Shown here in pieces: positions 1 to 12,261 of a DNA stretch of 64,000 nt. A model generated the notes under the pieces. That model was not told the DNA's origin and searched no databases. It saw nothing but the letters and a program-made list of their open reading frames with translations. The first letter of the stretch is position 1; each line of letters begins with the position of its first letter. The position numbers and the translations under genes were made by a program. This DNA comes from Tubulanus polymorphus. Lineage: Eukaryota; Animalia; Nemertea. The stretch is taken from positions 17,478,950 to 17,542,949 of the forward strand of contig NC_134029.1 of the NCBI RefSeq assembly GCF_964204645.1, written 5' to 3'.

Positions 1-974
1 CTTTATTTACAGTAACCTAATAAGTAATTTTAAGTTTCAAATAGGATGGAAAGTACATTCAGACAATCTGTTGGAGAGACCGTTATTACAGTATCAATTT
101 ATACATTTCGTTTCGAAGCTGTCAGTTGCCGAATCTGAATGAAGATGAATTTTATTTGACGAAATCGGCGGAAAATATATAATAATAATAATAATCAACA
201 GAATTTCAAGAGGGTTTTCGACGAAAGTCAGAAAACCCTAATTATCACAATCAAAGTGATGTATAGGTATATTCACTTAAGTTCGAACTTCGTGACAGTT
301 AGACAGAAGGCAGAACAGGGGCGTATTAGCATTGTAAGCTCGGGCCTACACTGCTTAGACCAAGTTATCATTTAAACAAACACTTTTATTCAAAATCCAG
401 CTGGACGGATATATGGCGTTCGTTTTTAATTTGGTTGAAACAGGGGTCGGGGCCCTCCCAGGAAACAGTTATGCTCAGATATGCGGCCTCTGCAGAGTGC
501 TGTCGATAAAACGAAATTCTTAATAAATGTAGATGGACAAGTGTAGGCTATTATGTTTGGATAGTTGTAAGACGTGAAATACGTTTCAGCTTGATAATGT
601 TTAAAATAAAAACTAGTAGAACTAAATGTGGGATTCGTGTTATCTGTGCTCAGGAGTTTTAACATTGCGATATTTTAAGATGATTAAACCGTTTTCTTCT
701 TTCGTGGCGTCAAAACAGTTCATCTACTTTTACGCCGCATTTAGAACAGTTTATCCGTCATACAAAAATTGAATAATCTTAATTTCACATTATGGCCCTC
801 ATCAGCAACAATATGAAACAGCATATTTCATTATGTTATCATCCAATTACCATTTTCGATCATTTCTCATATTTATCTGGTTGCCTAATTGGGTCAGTAT
901 GTAAACACGCTGGATGTTCTCTATTGGACCAGTTCATTTTTGTTGCAGTGCCTGTGTCTACATGTTTATCAGAA

Positions 975-2840
975 ATGTCTTATTATTGGATTAATTTTCT
1001 TGTGATTTGTTTTATTTTCACTTTACACGAGGTGAGCCTTGCATATTCAAACAACTTTCAGCGAATTTAACGTAGGAAACGTTGTATTTTGGACCTGATA
1101 TGAAACAAATGCCTCCAATGCCTGTGGACAACACCTCTTGATGAGGCTTATACGTATATATTTTACGATATAGTATTTCATACGTCTATCATTCTTACTA
1201 TTGGTTTACGCAAATCGATGTTCTACTGATTCAAGCATGTGTTGCTTTAAAAGGTTACTAGAAGCACTGCTTTGTACCCCTGAGTTCCAGCATTGTTGGA
1301 TATGTTCAAATAGATTCCCATATGATAAGTAAATTAGGCTTTTCAATTGGTATTCACTTCATTCAATATAAAATTGGTTATCATAATCAGATCTTCTTTA
1401 TCAATCATTTACTGTCCATGTCGAATCCCGGTAAAGATTCGGCATGGTATGAAACTTTCCGTTATACAGTCGACTATGAGTAATTCGGACAAGTTCATGA
1501 ATGTTGGAAAAACGCACATTGTCCGGCCAGAATTATGATGTAGGTCTACAGTTTTTTTTTCTATTCATTCTACTATTGAGTGGTATTATGTAAAGGTCGA
1601 ATTTTCTAAGCCGAAAACTCGCGTATATCGGCTACAATATTTATTCCCAACTTCTCAAAGAAAATCATGTTTCTAAGTTGGGTTTGTTTTTTGTTCGATC
1701 GTGTATCAACAATTATCCACGAAATCAGGCGCCTTCAGTTTGTTCTGAGTGATCCATAATATCTGGCATTGAAAAAAACAATAACTTCATCTTAGTTTTA
1801 AAGTTTTAAAACAGAAAAACTTCAACGACTTCTTTCAACCAGGACCACAACACCCACGAGAGTAGATACACATTCAATAAAAACGTAATGGAACGTACTG
1901 GTTGCCGGTCAGACCAATTAGATTCAATTATCGATATACCTTAATCCAAAATAACTTTAATGATCCTTAATAGTATATATAATCTTATATTATATTATTT
2001 ATTGTCAACAATATTAAGCAATATCTGCGTTATTTTTCGAGGCGCCAATAAATTTTCAAGTTAGTTTTCTTGTTCTGATTATAGTCACATCAGGATCCAA
2101 TTCCAAGCGATGCGAAATCAAAAACAGGTGAGAGTGAAATACCCAATGAGGATAGAATATATGTAAGCGTACTGGAAATTCACTCATTCGTATAAAGAAT
2201 ATAGATGTATTTTGGAAGTTTGGTTTTCATCGTATTGCAGATACTATCGTGAATTGTCACGATCCTTTACCGATTCCATCTCTGGCCGGCGAAACTTGGG
2301 AAGCAAGTGAAAATGGTGAAATTACGGTGAGTATAGAGTTCAGTCAGGAGAGTCTTGAAATCTGAATCTGTTTCGTAAACCTGGTTATTTGAAGATAAAA
2401 TTCATGGTCATAAGTTCCAAAGTAACCGAAAGTAACCAAAGATAACCAATGTCCATGTTACCAAAAATCAGTCTCCTTACGTAACAGCTCGCTCTCCACA
2501 GTCTAGTCAGGATCCTATTATTTTTGTCAAAAATGTGCCAAAACGAAATTATGGAAATAGAGCTTTTAAGAACTCGGCACCTCACCTATGGAAATCCATA
2601 CCCAAAACTGTCAGGGAAAGGCCATCTATTGATGCTTTTTTGAGCGTAATCTTAAAACTTACATTTTTAGAAGAACATTTGAAGTGTGATTACGTATATT
2701 TTTATATCTAGCTAATTTCTTAATGTTTTACTGTATCTTAATGATTCTTATGTTTTTTGCTTTGTAAAGCGCCATGATTAAATTCCATCAGTACGGCGCT
2801 ATATTAGAAAATAAATTATCATTATTACTACTACTATTTC

Positions 2841-2918
<78 letters not shown>

Positions 2919-2970
2919 CATTATTATCGTTATCGTTGCTGCTGCTGCTGCCACTGCTGCTACTGCTTTG

Positions 2971-3006
<36 letters not shown>

Positions 3007-6000
3007 TTATTATTACTATCATTATTATTATCGTTATTATTATTATTAAGTATAACAAATCGCTTATTATCTACCGGTGCTTACTCAGAAATCTACTCAA
3101 TTAACTTGTTCTCTCTCCCTTTAGCTTTAGCCATTCTATTCATACCTGACGATGGCCACAAGCGAGCCAAAACGTCGTATTCTTTTGATTTGATTTTTTT
3201 TTTCATAAATAAAATTTGCTTTTAAATTCTTTTATACAGTGGGTTTTAAACTTATCATCTATTCCCCACGTCAAAGTGTACGAGCTATTCTACTGTTCAA
3301 CTGATAGTTGGAAATCAAGTTCTTGTTTTGTGGTCGGTCTGTCTAGTGGTCAGTCTAGTAGATGTTTAAAACAATCCAACATCGATAGTTCGATTTACTG
3401 GATCAAATATATATTTTGCAGTAGAATAAAGAATAATTTCGTAGACAGGCATTTTCACAATACGAACTATATGAGTTTTGATGTAGAATAGCTATTTTTC
3501 GTTGTAAAACTTTTGATATAGCTCGATCTTGAAGATATGTACCTCGTCACTGGAATCGTTACCAAAGGAGACGCGATCTCAAAATCATGGGTGAAAAAAT
3601 ACGAGGTTTTCTACAGCAAAGATGGTGACGAGTTCCTCCCTATAATGGATATGGAGAATCAAACCAGGGTAATAACGTAGTTAACTTTTTTATGCATATT
3701 ATCATTACCGTTTGGACATAGACAGTAGATCATTAGGTATAATAATCTATCATATCTATCATTAATTCAAGCTTTTATTAACGCATAAACAGATTATTGT
3801 TTCATCATGGGCAATGTACGAATTTGAATCTAGAGTTGATATACAGTTTTTATGTATGGGATGAAGTAAGCGTAAAAAAAGATTGTCCTTATTGATTATT
3901 GCATGAGATGTATAAAAATCTAAAAGAAAAATTTTTAGCCTTAAGAGTAATACTTAATATGGTTATAATGAACAGATGATGAATTTTCTTTTCGTTTTTA
4001 TAAAGTTATTTTTAGGTAATTACGACGCTACATCTGCGGTCGTGAATTTATTCCATCGAGTTAAACTGATGAGATATCTGCGGCTAACGACCACGTCAAA
4101 TCATACCGAGAAATTCGCCACAGTCATGGCTCAGGTTTTGGGTTGTGGTAAGCATCATTTTGATTCGCTGTATTAGGACAGACTGGCTGGTAAACCTGCT
4201 ATCCGCCGTCACCGTGGCATACATCCCAGTACTTTAAATTTCATATTTTCCACGATGTCAAAATCGTGATCTGATATTTTTTGCAAATATAATATTGGTC
4301 GTTTTGACGCGTAGAAATGTGAAACCTTTTACTATTTAAAGCGTTTATTTGCAATGTATGCCACAGTCTGGTAGTCTGTTTCTTCAGGTTTCATCCTCAT
4401 CAAACTGCGTATATATGGTTCTGGCAGATTTTACATGTTTGCACCATGAAAATAAATCATATCTTAGGGATTTATAAAAAAATGTATCCCTTTATTCAGT
4501 TTGTGTCCGACAGTGATGTAACTTGGTATATGGGTGTTCTATGCGGAGGGGCCACGTAGTGAAAGGATTTTGAAAATTTGTGTAAATCTCGCAAATTACA
4601 TTTGTCTCTAGAATCCAAAAGAAAATAATTTCTGATTTCTATTTGATTTGACCCATGTTTTTCATTCATTTAAACGTGCGTTTAAATTTTGTTTAAATCG
4701 TTTAAATTGCGACGCGATTACTCTATACAGTTGCAGAGCGGTAAAGAAGTCACATCTGAGCTATTCGGCTGACAGGCACCTTGTTTACTAGTTCATTAAT
4801 TGTATTATATGAAAAAGATCGTTTACATCCGTTGTCTGACTTGTATTCATTTAGAAAAATCTTGGTGTTACAACAAAGACATAATGGTAACGAGTAGTCA
4901 CGTAAAGGGAAATATAATTTTCACGTCATCCGATAAAGGAAAGAGTGACAGACAACATGGTCCAGGCGAAGCTCATTGGGGAGGAGCTGGATGGATACCA
5001 GAACACGCTAAAGATGGAGCATGGCTCCTTGTAACCTTTCCATCGGAACAGATCATAACCAGCATCAAAGTCAGGACCAGCGGCAAACACAGAATACTAG
5101 TAACATACAGCCGAAATTGTATCAATTATTCAAAGTACAGCGAGGTTAGTCTGTGATCTATGTATTAAGCATATTTTCGTCAATCATTACTATCGCTATT
5201 ATTACCATTATGGGTGATGGATGCGGCGTTTTATTAGTTCGATATCAAAGGACCCAGTCACGAATTCTCATTAGCGCTATCTAATATATTGCTACGTACG
5301 TTCATTGGACTTCTTAGAAATATTTTACTAATAAACTGCTATGGTGGTATAGTGCAGGTATGATGTTAGTATTGTCAAATTTGTCAAGTCAGTCTTCTTA
5401 ATTGTATGCCAATTTATCGGATTAGTTCCCTGGCAACGCATTTCATGGGAGAATCACACGCTGAGATATATTTGGTCACCAATCGTACGTTAGGTGGCTG
5501 ATTCGGGACATAACGTGCAGGACAAAAATGAGGGCGCCAGAACGCCAAAAACATTTATCATTATTTATCCGTTAAACAACTATATACTTTGGTACGGTAT
5601 CTGGAATCTATTTCGTGTTGACGGGAATTAAACTTAAAGATATGAACTAGTTTTGTCTTCAAATCCAATTACAGATTGCTGTACTGACTGATGAAAATAA
5701 AATGGATGTCATACTATATAAGGAACCAACAAGAGCTTCGTGTTTTAACATAACTATGGTAGCCTCGCCCGACACAACTAAGGATGAATTGAAAGTGAAT
5801 GTGAAGTTCTACGGATGTGGTAAAAAAATTTTAGTAATATGTAAAATCATGGAATACATTTAAAAAAATGGAGTCCATGATAGATTGAGCCAGGGAGGCG
5901 CGAGATCCTGAATCGAGTATCGAGATTATCCATGGACTCCTGAAAATCGTTTTTTTTTGTAGTCCATGTACTCTCTAAAAAATCATTTCTTCTAATTCTG

Positions 6001-9000
6001 TTAAGATTTACATAGTACGTTAGGCCTATTGAATAATCCAGTCGTCTAACATCGACAGCAGTGATAGTCCGTGCGTTCAGTATAACCCTCCAGTGGTGCT
6101 ACCTCCGGGCAGAGGGGCAGCTCCCCATATCTAATTTCTGGGACCGACCCCGTCAACCATTCAAAAAGTCGCTAAGTGCAATATGCGTTCGACAACTCGC
6201 TACTAGAAAAACTTGGCTCTATTAAAGTCGCCAGGCACAAATCATCCAAGAATGCGTTTCGGAGTGCCTATTTTGAAAAGAGCCGTCAATTTACAAAACA
6301 TTGTGTCCGCATCCGGGCTTGTGCCTTCCGATCACTGCAATCTTGTTCAGGGCTCGTTTTCACAAACAAATTTAAACTCAGATTTTTTGTGCCAATGGTT
6401 ACTTCATGTTTTCAATGAGGACAACAATTCAAACGTAACCTTTTTAGGCTTAAACTTTTTCATGAAACTGGGCCCAGGGCAATATTTCTCAGCTATACCA
6501 GGGAAGTGTAATGAGACACTTCCCTGGCTATATATATTTTTTTTATATATATACGTGCGTTCGTACGTGCGTGCGCGCGACGTACGTACATACGTACATA
6601 CACCTACCACCTTTATCAAATTATGCAACCAATTATTGAAGATGAGTAAAAAAGAACTTCATCATTTTCTTGTCTTTACAGGAACCGGCGAAGGTAAGTA
6701 TATGCGATTGAAAAATATAGTTCTAACCGATTCGCTTATTGTGTAGATCCATGCAAAAAACTTCATTGAATATAACCGTACAGGCATTGCCGGGACTTGC
6801 GGTGCGAGTAAGTCGACTGATTTTTCACATCAAGAAATAGAAAATCATGTTGATCGCCGAGTGATCAACGGAATCCCCACGAACCACGGAGAATGGCCAT
6901 GGATTGTATCTATTCAACAGGCTAACGTTACATCGTTGAAGGCGGCCCATAATTGCGGAGGGGCACTCATACATCCACAATGGATTTTAACTGCCGCTCA
7001 CTGTGTCTCGTAAGTCACAGCGATCAAGGGATCATACACTAATAGAAAAACTCCAAATTTGTAAATGCGTGTTTAAAACTGACGAATATTAATGACATCT
7101 TTTACATATTTAATTGCTACACCGATGTAAATACTGTATCGTATGGGGGCTGATTCGGGCCATACTAAAAGATTTTATGCACGACTAGATGAACGATGAA
7201 GAAATTTTCATATTTGCCCGTTTTTTGGTTTTCTCTCGCTTTAATTGTTTAGGTCTTTATCAATGGATTCACCAGATGAGATCAAGATTTTACTCGGGGA
7301 AAGTCATTTCACACTAGAACAGGGAACAGAGGTTCTCCGAGATGTTGAAAAGATAATTTCCCATCCTGATTATAAAGGTGGACAAGGTAAACATATACTT
7401 TTTTTATCTAGGCTCATTTTGTCGTCTATATTAGAAATGTTTATCCCCCGTTGCTTTACTCCAAAACGTGGATCCAAATTGCGCGCGCTGGCCTGACTTG
7501 ACATTAGTTTATTTTGAAATATTTCAACACAAGTGTTAAATTCTAAACTACGCACAAAATGTGAAAATTAGCCATTATTATGTGGCATTTGACAGAATGC
7601 TGATGGCTTGTGTATAGAGTTTGTTCCGTGAAATTGTTAAAATTCGATACCCAGCAAACTAAATTGCAGACGCGTTCATGTTCCTTAAATTCCATTCAAT
7701 TAAAGGTAACAAGTCATTGAGCGAGGGTTTCGTGTATAACTTTGAGATTTATAACGACATTGCTCTGATTAAACTGGATCTACCCATACAACTTAGTGAC
7801 TACATCAACATCGTTTGTCTGCCTGGTCCAAACGAGGTATTCTCTACCGGTACGAACTGTGTACATTCCGGATGGGGAAGAACTAACGAATCAAGTTGGG
7901 ATCCAGAAGGTAGGTCATTCGTTCGTTCGTTATATGTATATACTTATATGTATCAGAGAAGTTTACTCCTCCCTGTAAGTATATACGGTTTGTCCAAAAT
8001 GTAGGGGCCGGGATTAGTTTGCTTCTATCGGTTGTGAAAGAGTTGTATTCTATAAGAATATGTTTTTCATCAACAAGGCGACTAGTCTTTCTTCTTCATG
8101 TTTGGCAACATTATTTTCCTTCCTGTTTCAATTGATAGGCTGTGGTACGAAATCTGCTATGGTAATATGGACATGTACGGTTCTATAGTTCGTGAAAATT
8201 GGTTTGAATAACAATCCCATTTTAACACACGGAGTTTAAAAGAATTCGCACATTATTTGATGCGTGTATAGGGCAACAAGAATGAGCGCACACCGCTTTT
8301 CCAAAATATTATAGTAAAAACGAGAAATTCGAGGGCTAAATTCAAATACGTATAAGCTCGTAAATCCTGGGGAATCCTGCTTATGGTTGCTATAGGCCAA
8401 CATCTTAGCTACGCATTGATGTGGTCATCCCACCCAACCTAACTTTTAAATAATAATCAAACCATTGGAATAATCAAACCACTAGGGGGTATCCCAGTTC
8501 AGGTAAGGGAATACCCACCGTGTTTGGTACCCTTACTCCAGGCAAATCAAATCCCTAGTCTAATCTAGCCGTTGTTCCTCAAACAACGCCTGGTATTCAG
8601 ACTAGGTAATCCCCTATATCATCATCACTGTCGATTGCTGCCCCATTACACAAACCGAATTTAAAGAAATTGCACGTTATTTGATATGCGTGTAGAGCGC
8701 GAACAAGAAATACAAGATATCTCCGCCGTGGCGGTCATATTGGTAGAGGGAGAAAGTTCATTTTCGATAGGTTTTATCCCTCACCGTGTGGACCTACCTA
8801 TAACTACCGACTTAAATGAAAATCGCACGAAATTTGAAGTGTGTAAAGCGCTAACGAGGGGAAAGCGCACGGCGCACGACAAGCAAAATAGAATGTCACC
8901 CGTCCTAACGGGGTGCCATAATTCGGGTGGGTCGGAATTTTTGTCTAAATGCTTATACCATTGTACCCTATACTTAAAGCACATAACTTAAAACACATGT

Positions 9001-12000
9001 TTTTGGTTTTAGTATTGTCTTTCTTCCTACAAAAAATTCCCACGTATTTTGAATTATTGCATATATACTCGCTATTTATGTACTCCAGTATTTCCGGAGA
9101 CGGCGCTACATACTAATGTTGAACTGGTCGATCACGAAAAGTGTAAGGAAATGTATCAAGGTGTTTATGGCGAAAAAGAAATACAGTACACCGACTACGA
9201 CGATAATGGGACGTTGATATTCAACGATACGATTCGGGCATACGAATATTCTCCCCAAAATTGGCAAGAAGGTATCGTGTGTGCTGAAGGACCCCATGGA
9301 AACCTACAAGGAGGATGCCACGTGAGTAAACATTAATTTGGAGGGGACCTTGTATCAAAGCTTTAGATTTGTTTGAAGTGTCTGAAGTTAACTAGGGGTC
9401 CAGGGACACTGTGCCCACTTGGGAAGTGGTTTCAGATGCTCAACAATCTAACAATTTCAAATTCAATGCCACATCCAATGACCTTTAAAAATTCCAATGA
9501 CATTGAAACTCACCACAATCATAGCACATGTCAGCAGCTACAATTTTGAAATCGATTGTGGTAACAAAATATGCCTAGTTACAATATGATATTGAGATAC
9601 TAAGTTATTCTACTATTCAATGCCCCCTGGTGACCATATGTGAAGCCCAGTGACCTTGAACCTCACCATATTCATAGAACATGTCATGAGCTACAACTTT
9701 GCAATTGATCATGGTAACAAAATATGCCTAGACGTTTCGGCCCCACTCCGCGCGGTGGCGCCACCGCGCGGGATTTACGCGAAGCAGCAAACACAAACAT
9801 GGCCACTCTCTCAATTTTCAATGATAGAAATCGTGTGTCCATTTCAATTATTTCGGCTGTTAGCGCTTTAAGGCACAATATAAGTTGATGATGTGATATG
9901 GCGATGTTAATTAATGATAATTCCGCAGTGAAGCTAGTGACGAACGGTGCCGATTGAGTGTACAGCTGCCAAAAACACTGAAATGTGCGTGGTTGCGTAA
10001 CTATTTGCAGTGAATTGCAGACGAAACATGAAGCCTTAACGGCCGTTTAAAAAAAAATTATACCAATCGCCATTGTAAAATAAAAATGAGATAGGACCTA
10101 AGTTAAAATTCTGGCCATTTCTAAAATGTTATTACTAATTTTTAGTCAGTGCCGAACGTTTAGTTTTCCAACAATAATGAGGGGTAGGTAGTCATGCAAT
10201 TCAAGTCATCATTTATTACACGTTACTTCCGTGTTGTTGAAAATCTCGCGAGTCCTGGACCAAACCCCATTGAACAATGTGATCTGTGTGCCGGCCACAA
10301 ATGCACACAGATCACACTACACTACCCATTACACACTCCAGTACCCACAGCTTTCATATATCCATCCAAATATTTAGAGTGTCTTTCTTCCTGGGTACCA
10401 ATATAATAAGGAAATACTAAGTTATTCTACTATTCAACGACCCGTAGTGACCATATAGAACAACTTATGTCCCTGAAACTCACCACAATCATAGACCATG
10501 TCATGAGCTATAACTTTCCAATTGATTGTGGTATCAAAATATGCATAGATCAATAACGAATATAATATAGTAATACTAAGTTATTGTATTGTTCACCGCC
10601 CCCTGGTGGCCATATACAAAAACCAATTAGCTTGAAACTGACCACAATCATAGAACATGTCATTAGCCACAACTTTCCAATTGATTGTGGTAACAAAATA
10701 TCGGCAATCCAATATAATGTGGAAAAACTTTTTCCTACCTACGAATGAGTACTGATGACACCAAGATGGCCGCCATAATTGCGTCATAATTGCCTGATGA
10801 AAATTACCTGTCTCGGGTATAAAAGATCCCTTTGCAAAGAATACCCATCAGCAATTGCAATGAAAAATGCAAACCTTAGGAAGCTACAGGACTCAGAATT
10901 CAGGCCAAACTTGACATTTTTGGGCACAAAAAAGGTTACAGGACAGCCATCTTGAGTCCGATCTACCCATATTTCTTATGCTGATGGGCCATTGAGAGAT
11001 ACAAATATAAATGAAAGATCAAGGTAATTGATGCAAGCGTCTTCAAAATTTCCCTCGAAAACTTCAAAAATGTGTAAAAAGTGCTGATTTTGGCGAACAA
11101 CAATGGCTGCCAGTCGGCCATCTTGATTCTGACAGGGCCAGTTTTTGGCCTGAAGATGTGTCTAGGGTAGATACATGTGTAACCCAAATATCAAGACATT
11201 ACCTTGAAGCTTCTTCAAAACTTCCCGAAATAACTTGATTCTGTCTACGGACGGACAGACGGACGCCGGACGAAAAGTGAACGCAATAGTCCGCTGGGAC
11301 TACAGTCCAAAGTAGGCTAAAAATGATTTTTCAATTTTACTCAAAATATATATGTGACAATGTATATTAAATGGGTATCTATACACATTTATAAGTAGTT
11401 TGGATGGGTTTTTTCATAATGGCTTCTATAACAATATATACATCTGATTTAATCGGGTGTAATGGCGTGGATATACTGTCAAAATGATAACATCAATCCT
11501 TTTTTAGTGTCAAAAGCTATTTCTCAGCTTTGAAAAGTAATTTCAATATGTTTTATCAAAGTTGATGAGTCGTACCACGTGCATATCCTAGAGTGCAAAT
11601 AAACACAATACTGATCATATTCGTGGAAATACTGTCATGTAGGGAATTCTGATTCTTGTTTTGGGTAACTCGTTTCTCCAGGGGCGGATGTAGCACGACG
11701 AAAAGGCCAATATAGCAAAGAGGCACTATCCAGTTGCAAGCGCCGAAGGCAGACGCAATTTCCAAGCATCTGATCTTCTTTCAATAAAAGAAAACCAAAA
11801 AATTACGGGCTAAATTCTTTATCCGAAAGGTTTTCGGGGGCAACTGAAAATCTAAAGGGTAGCACATGCCCATAGATCTGCGCCAGTTCTCATTAATGTG
11901 GGGAGCGGCTTGATTTCCATCCTTGTTTACACACTAAAGTTTCTAAGTCGTCTTTTGACGTGTTAAAATGGTGTTATAATTTTGACACTGTACGCCATAC

Positions 12001-12261
12001 GGTTTTACATATGTATTCAACATTGAGCCGAAAACCTTGAAAGTCAGCTTTACTATTCTAACATATATATCGGTATTTATTATCATTCCAAAGGGAGACA
12101 GCGGTACACCACTAGTATGTAAAAATGAAGATGGCAAATGGATCACAGTCGGGATTGTGTCATGGGGAGCTGAATGTGGCAGTTACAAAACTCCAGTCGT
12201 TTACACGAGAGTGCAGTCCTATTTAGAATGGATTGCCACCGAAATTGCCGAAAACTCTTAA
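975..12261 (+). CDS. Secreted S1A (chymotrypsin-fold) serine protease with two N-terminal F5/8 type C (discoidin)-like domains; 13 coding exons
   Basis: Hand-spliced GT-AG exons with consistent phases: 975-1031 (MSYYWINFLVICFIFTLHE, signal peptide-like), 2085-2127, 2241-2326, 3522-3668 (LDLEDMYLVTGIVTKG..WVKKYEVFYSKDG), 4006-4147 (FLGNYD..RYLRL..VLGC), 4855-5144, 5675-5819 (..KFYGC), 6682-6693, 6784(or 6747)-7009 (RR/VING..GEWPW..CGGALIHPQWILTAAHC), 7253-7386, 7706-7909 (NDIALIKL..CLP..SGWG), 9089-9321, 12094-12261 (GDSGTPLVC..GIVSWG..VYTRV). Catalytic His/Asp/Ser all present; AATAAA near 12339. The first three exons are less certain than the rest. Confidence 0.9.
2480..2815 (+). mobile_element. 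3' fragment of an L2/CR1-group LINE
   Basis: tatggaaatagagcttttaagaactcggcacctcacctatgg = YGNRAFKNSAPHLW, a typical LINE ORF2 C-terminus, followed by AATAAA and an (ATT)n tail. Confidence 0.7.
2815..3048. repeat. Compound trinucleotide microsatellite (ATT/ACT/GCT)n
   Basis: Visible directly; explains the poly-Leu/poly-Tyr ORFs; follows a LINE 3' end. Confidence 0.97.
3142..3180 (+). ncRNA. Degenerate Penelope-type minimal hammerhead ribozyme motif
   Basis: ATAC-CTGACGA-T-GGC..GCC-AAAA-C-GTC-GTAT: stem I ATAC/GTAT, stem II GGC/GCC, ACGT palindromic stem III, GUC triplet; the conserved GAAA reads AAAA. Confidence 0.55.
9390..11323 (+). mobile_element. Helentron-associated (HINE/DINE-1-like) non-autonomous element with internal ~150-160-bp tandem repeats
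   Basis: Repeat unit containing ctcaccacaatcatag..catgtca..agcta.aacttt at ~9509, 9661, 10479 and 10640; (GACG/GACA)n microsatellite at 11247-11272 followed by a short palindrome and A-rich end. The same 5' end (aactaggg.tccagggacac..tgcccac.tgggaa.tggttt) recurs at ~56212. Confidence 0.65.
9728..10163. mobile_element. TIR-bounded MITE nested in the Helentron-like element
   Basis: ctagacgtttcggccccact ... agtgccgaacgtttag imperfect inverted ends interrupt the tandem unit series. Confidence 0.5.

Noticed and set aside
780-816. Minus-strand CTGATGA...GAAA hammerhead candidate
   Set aside because: The sequence between the boxes cannot form stem II.
2774-3225. Poly-Leu/poly-Tyr ORFs
   Set aside because: Translations of a trinucleotide microsatellite inside an intron.
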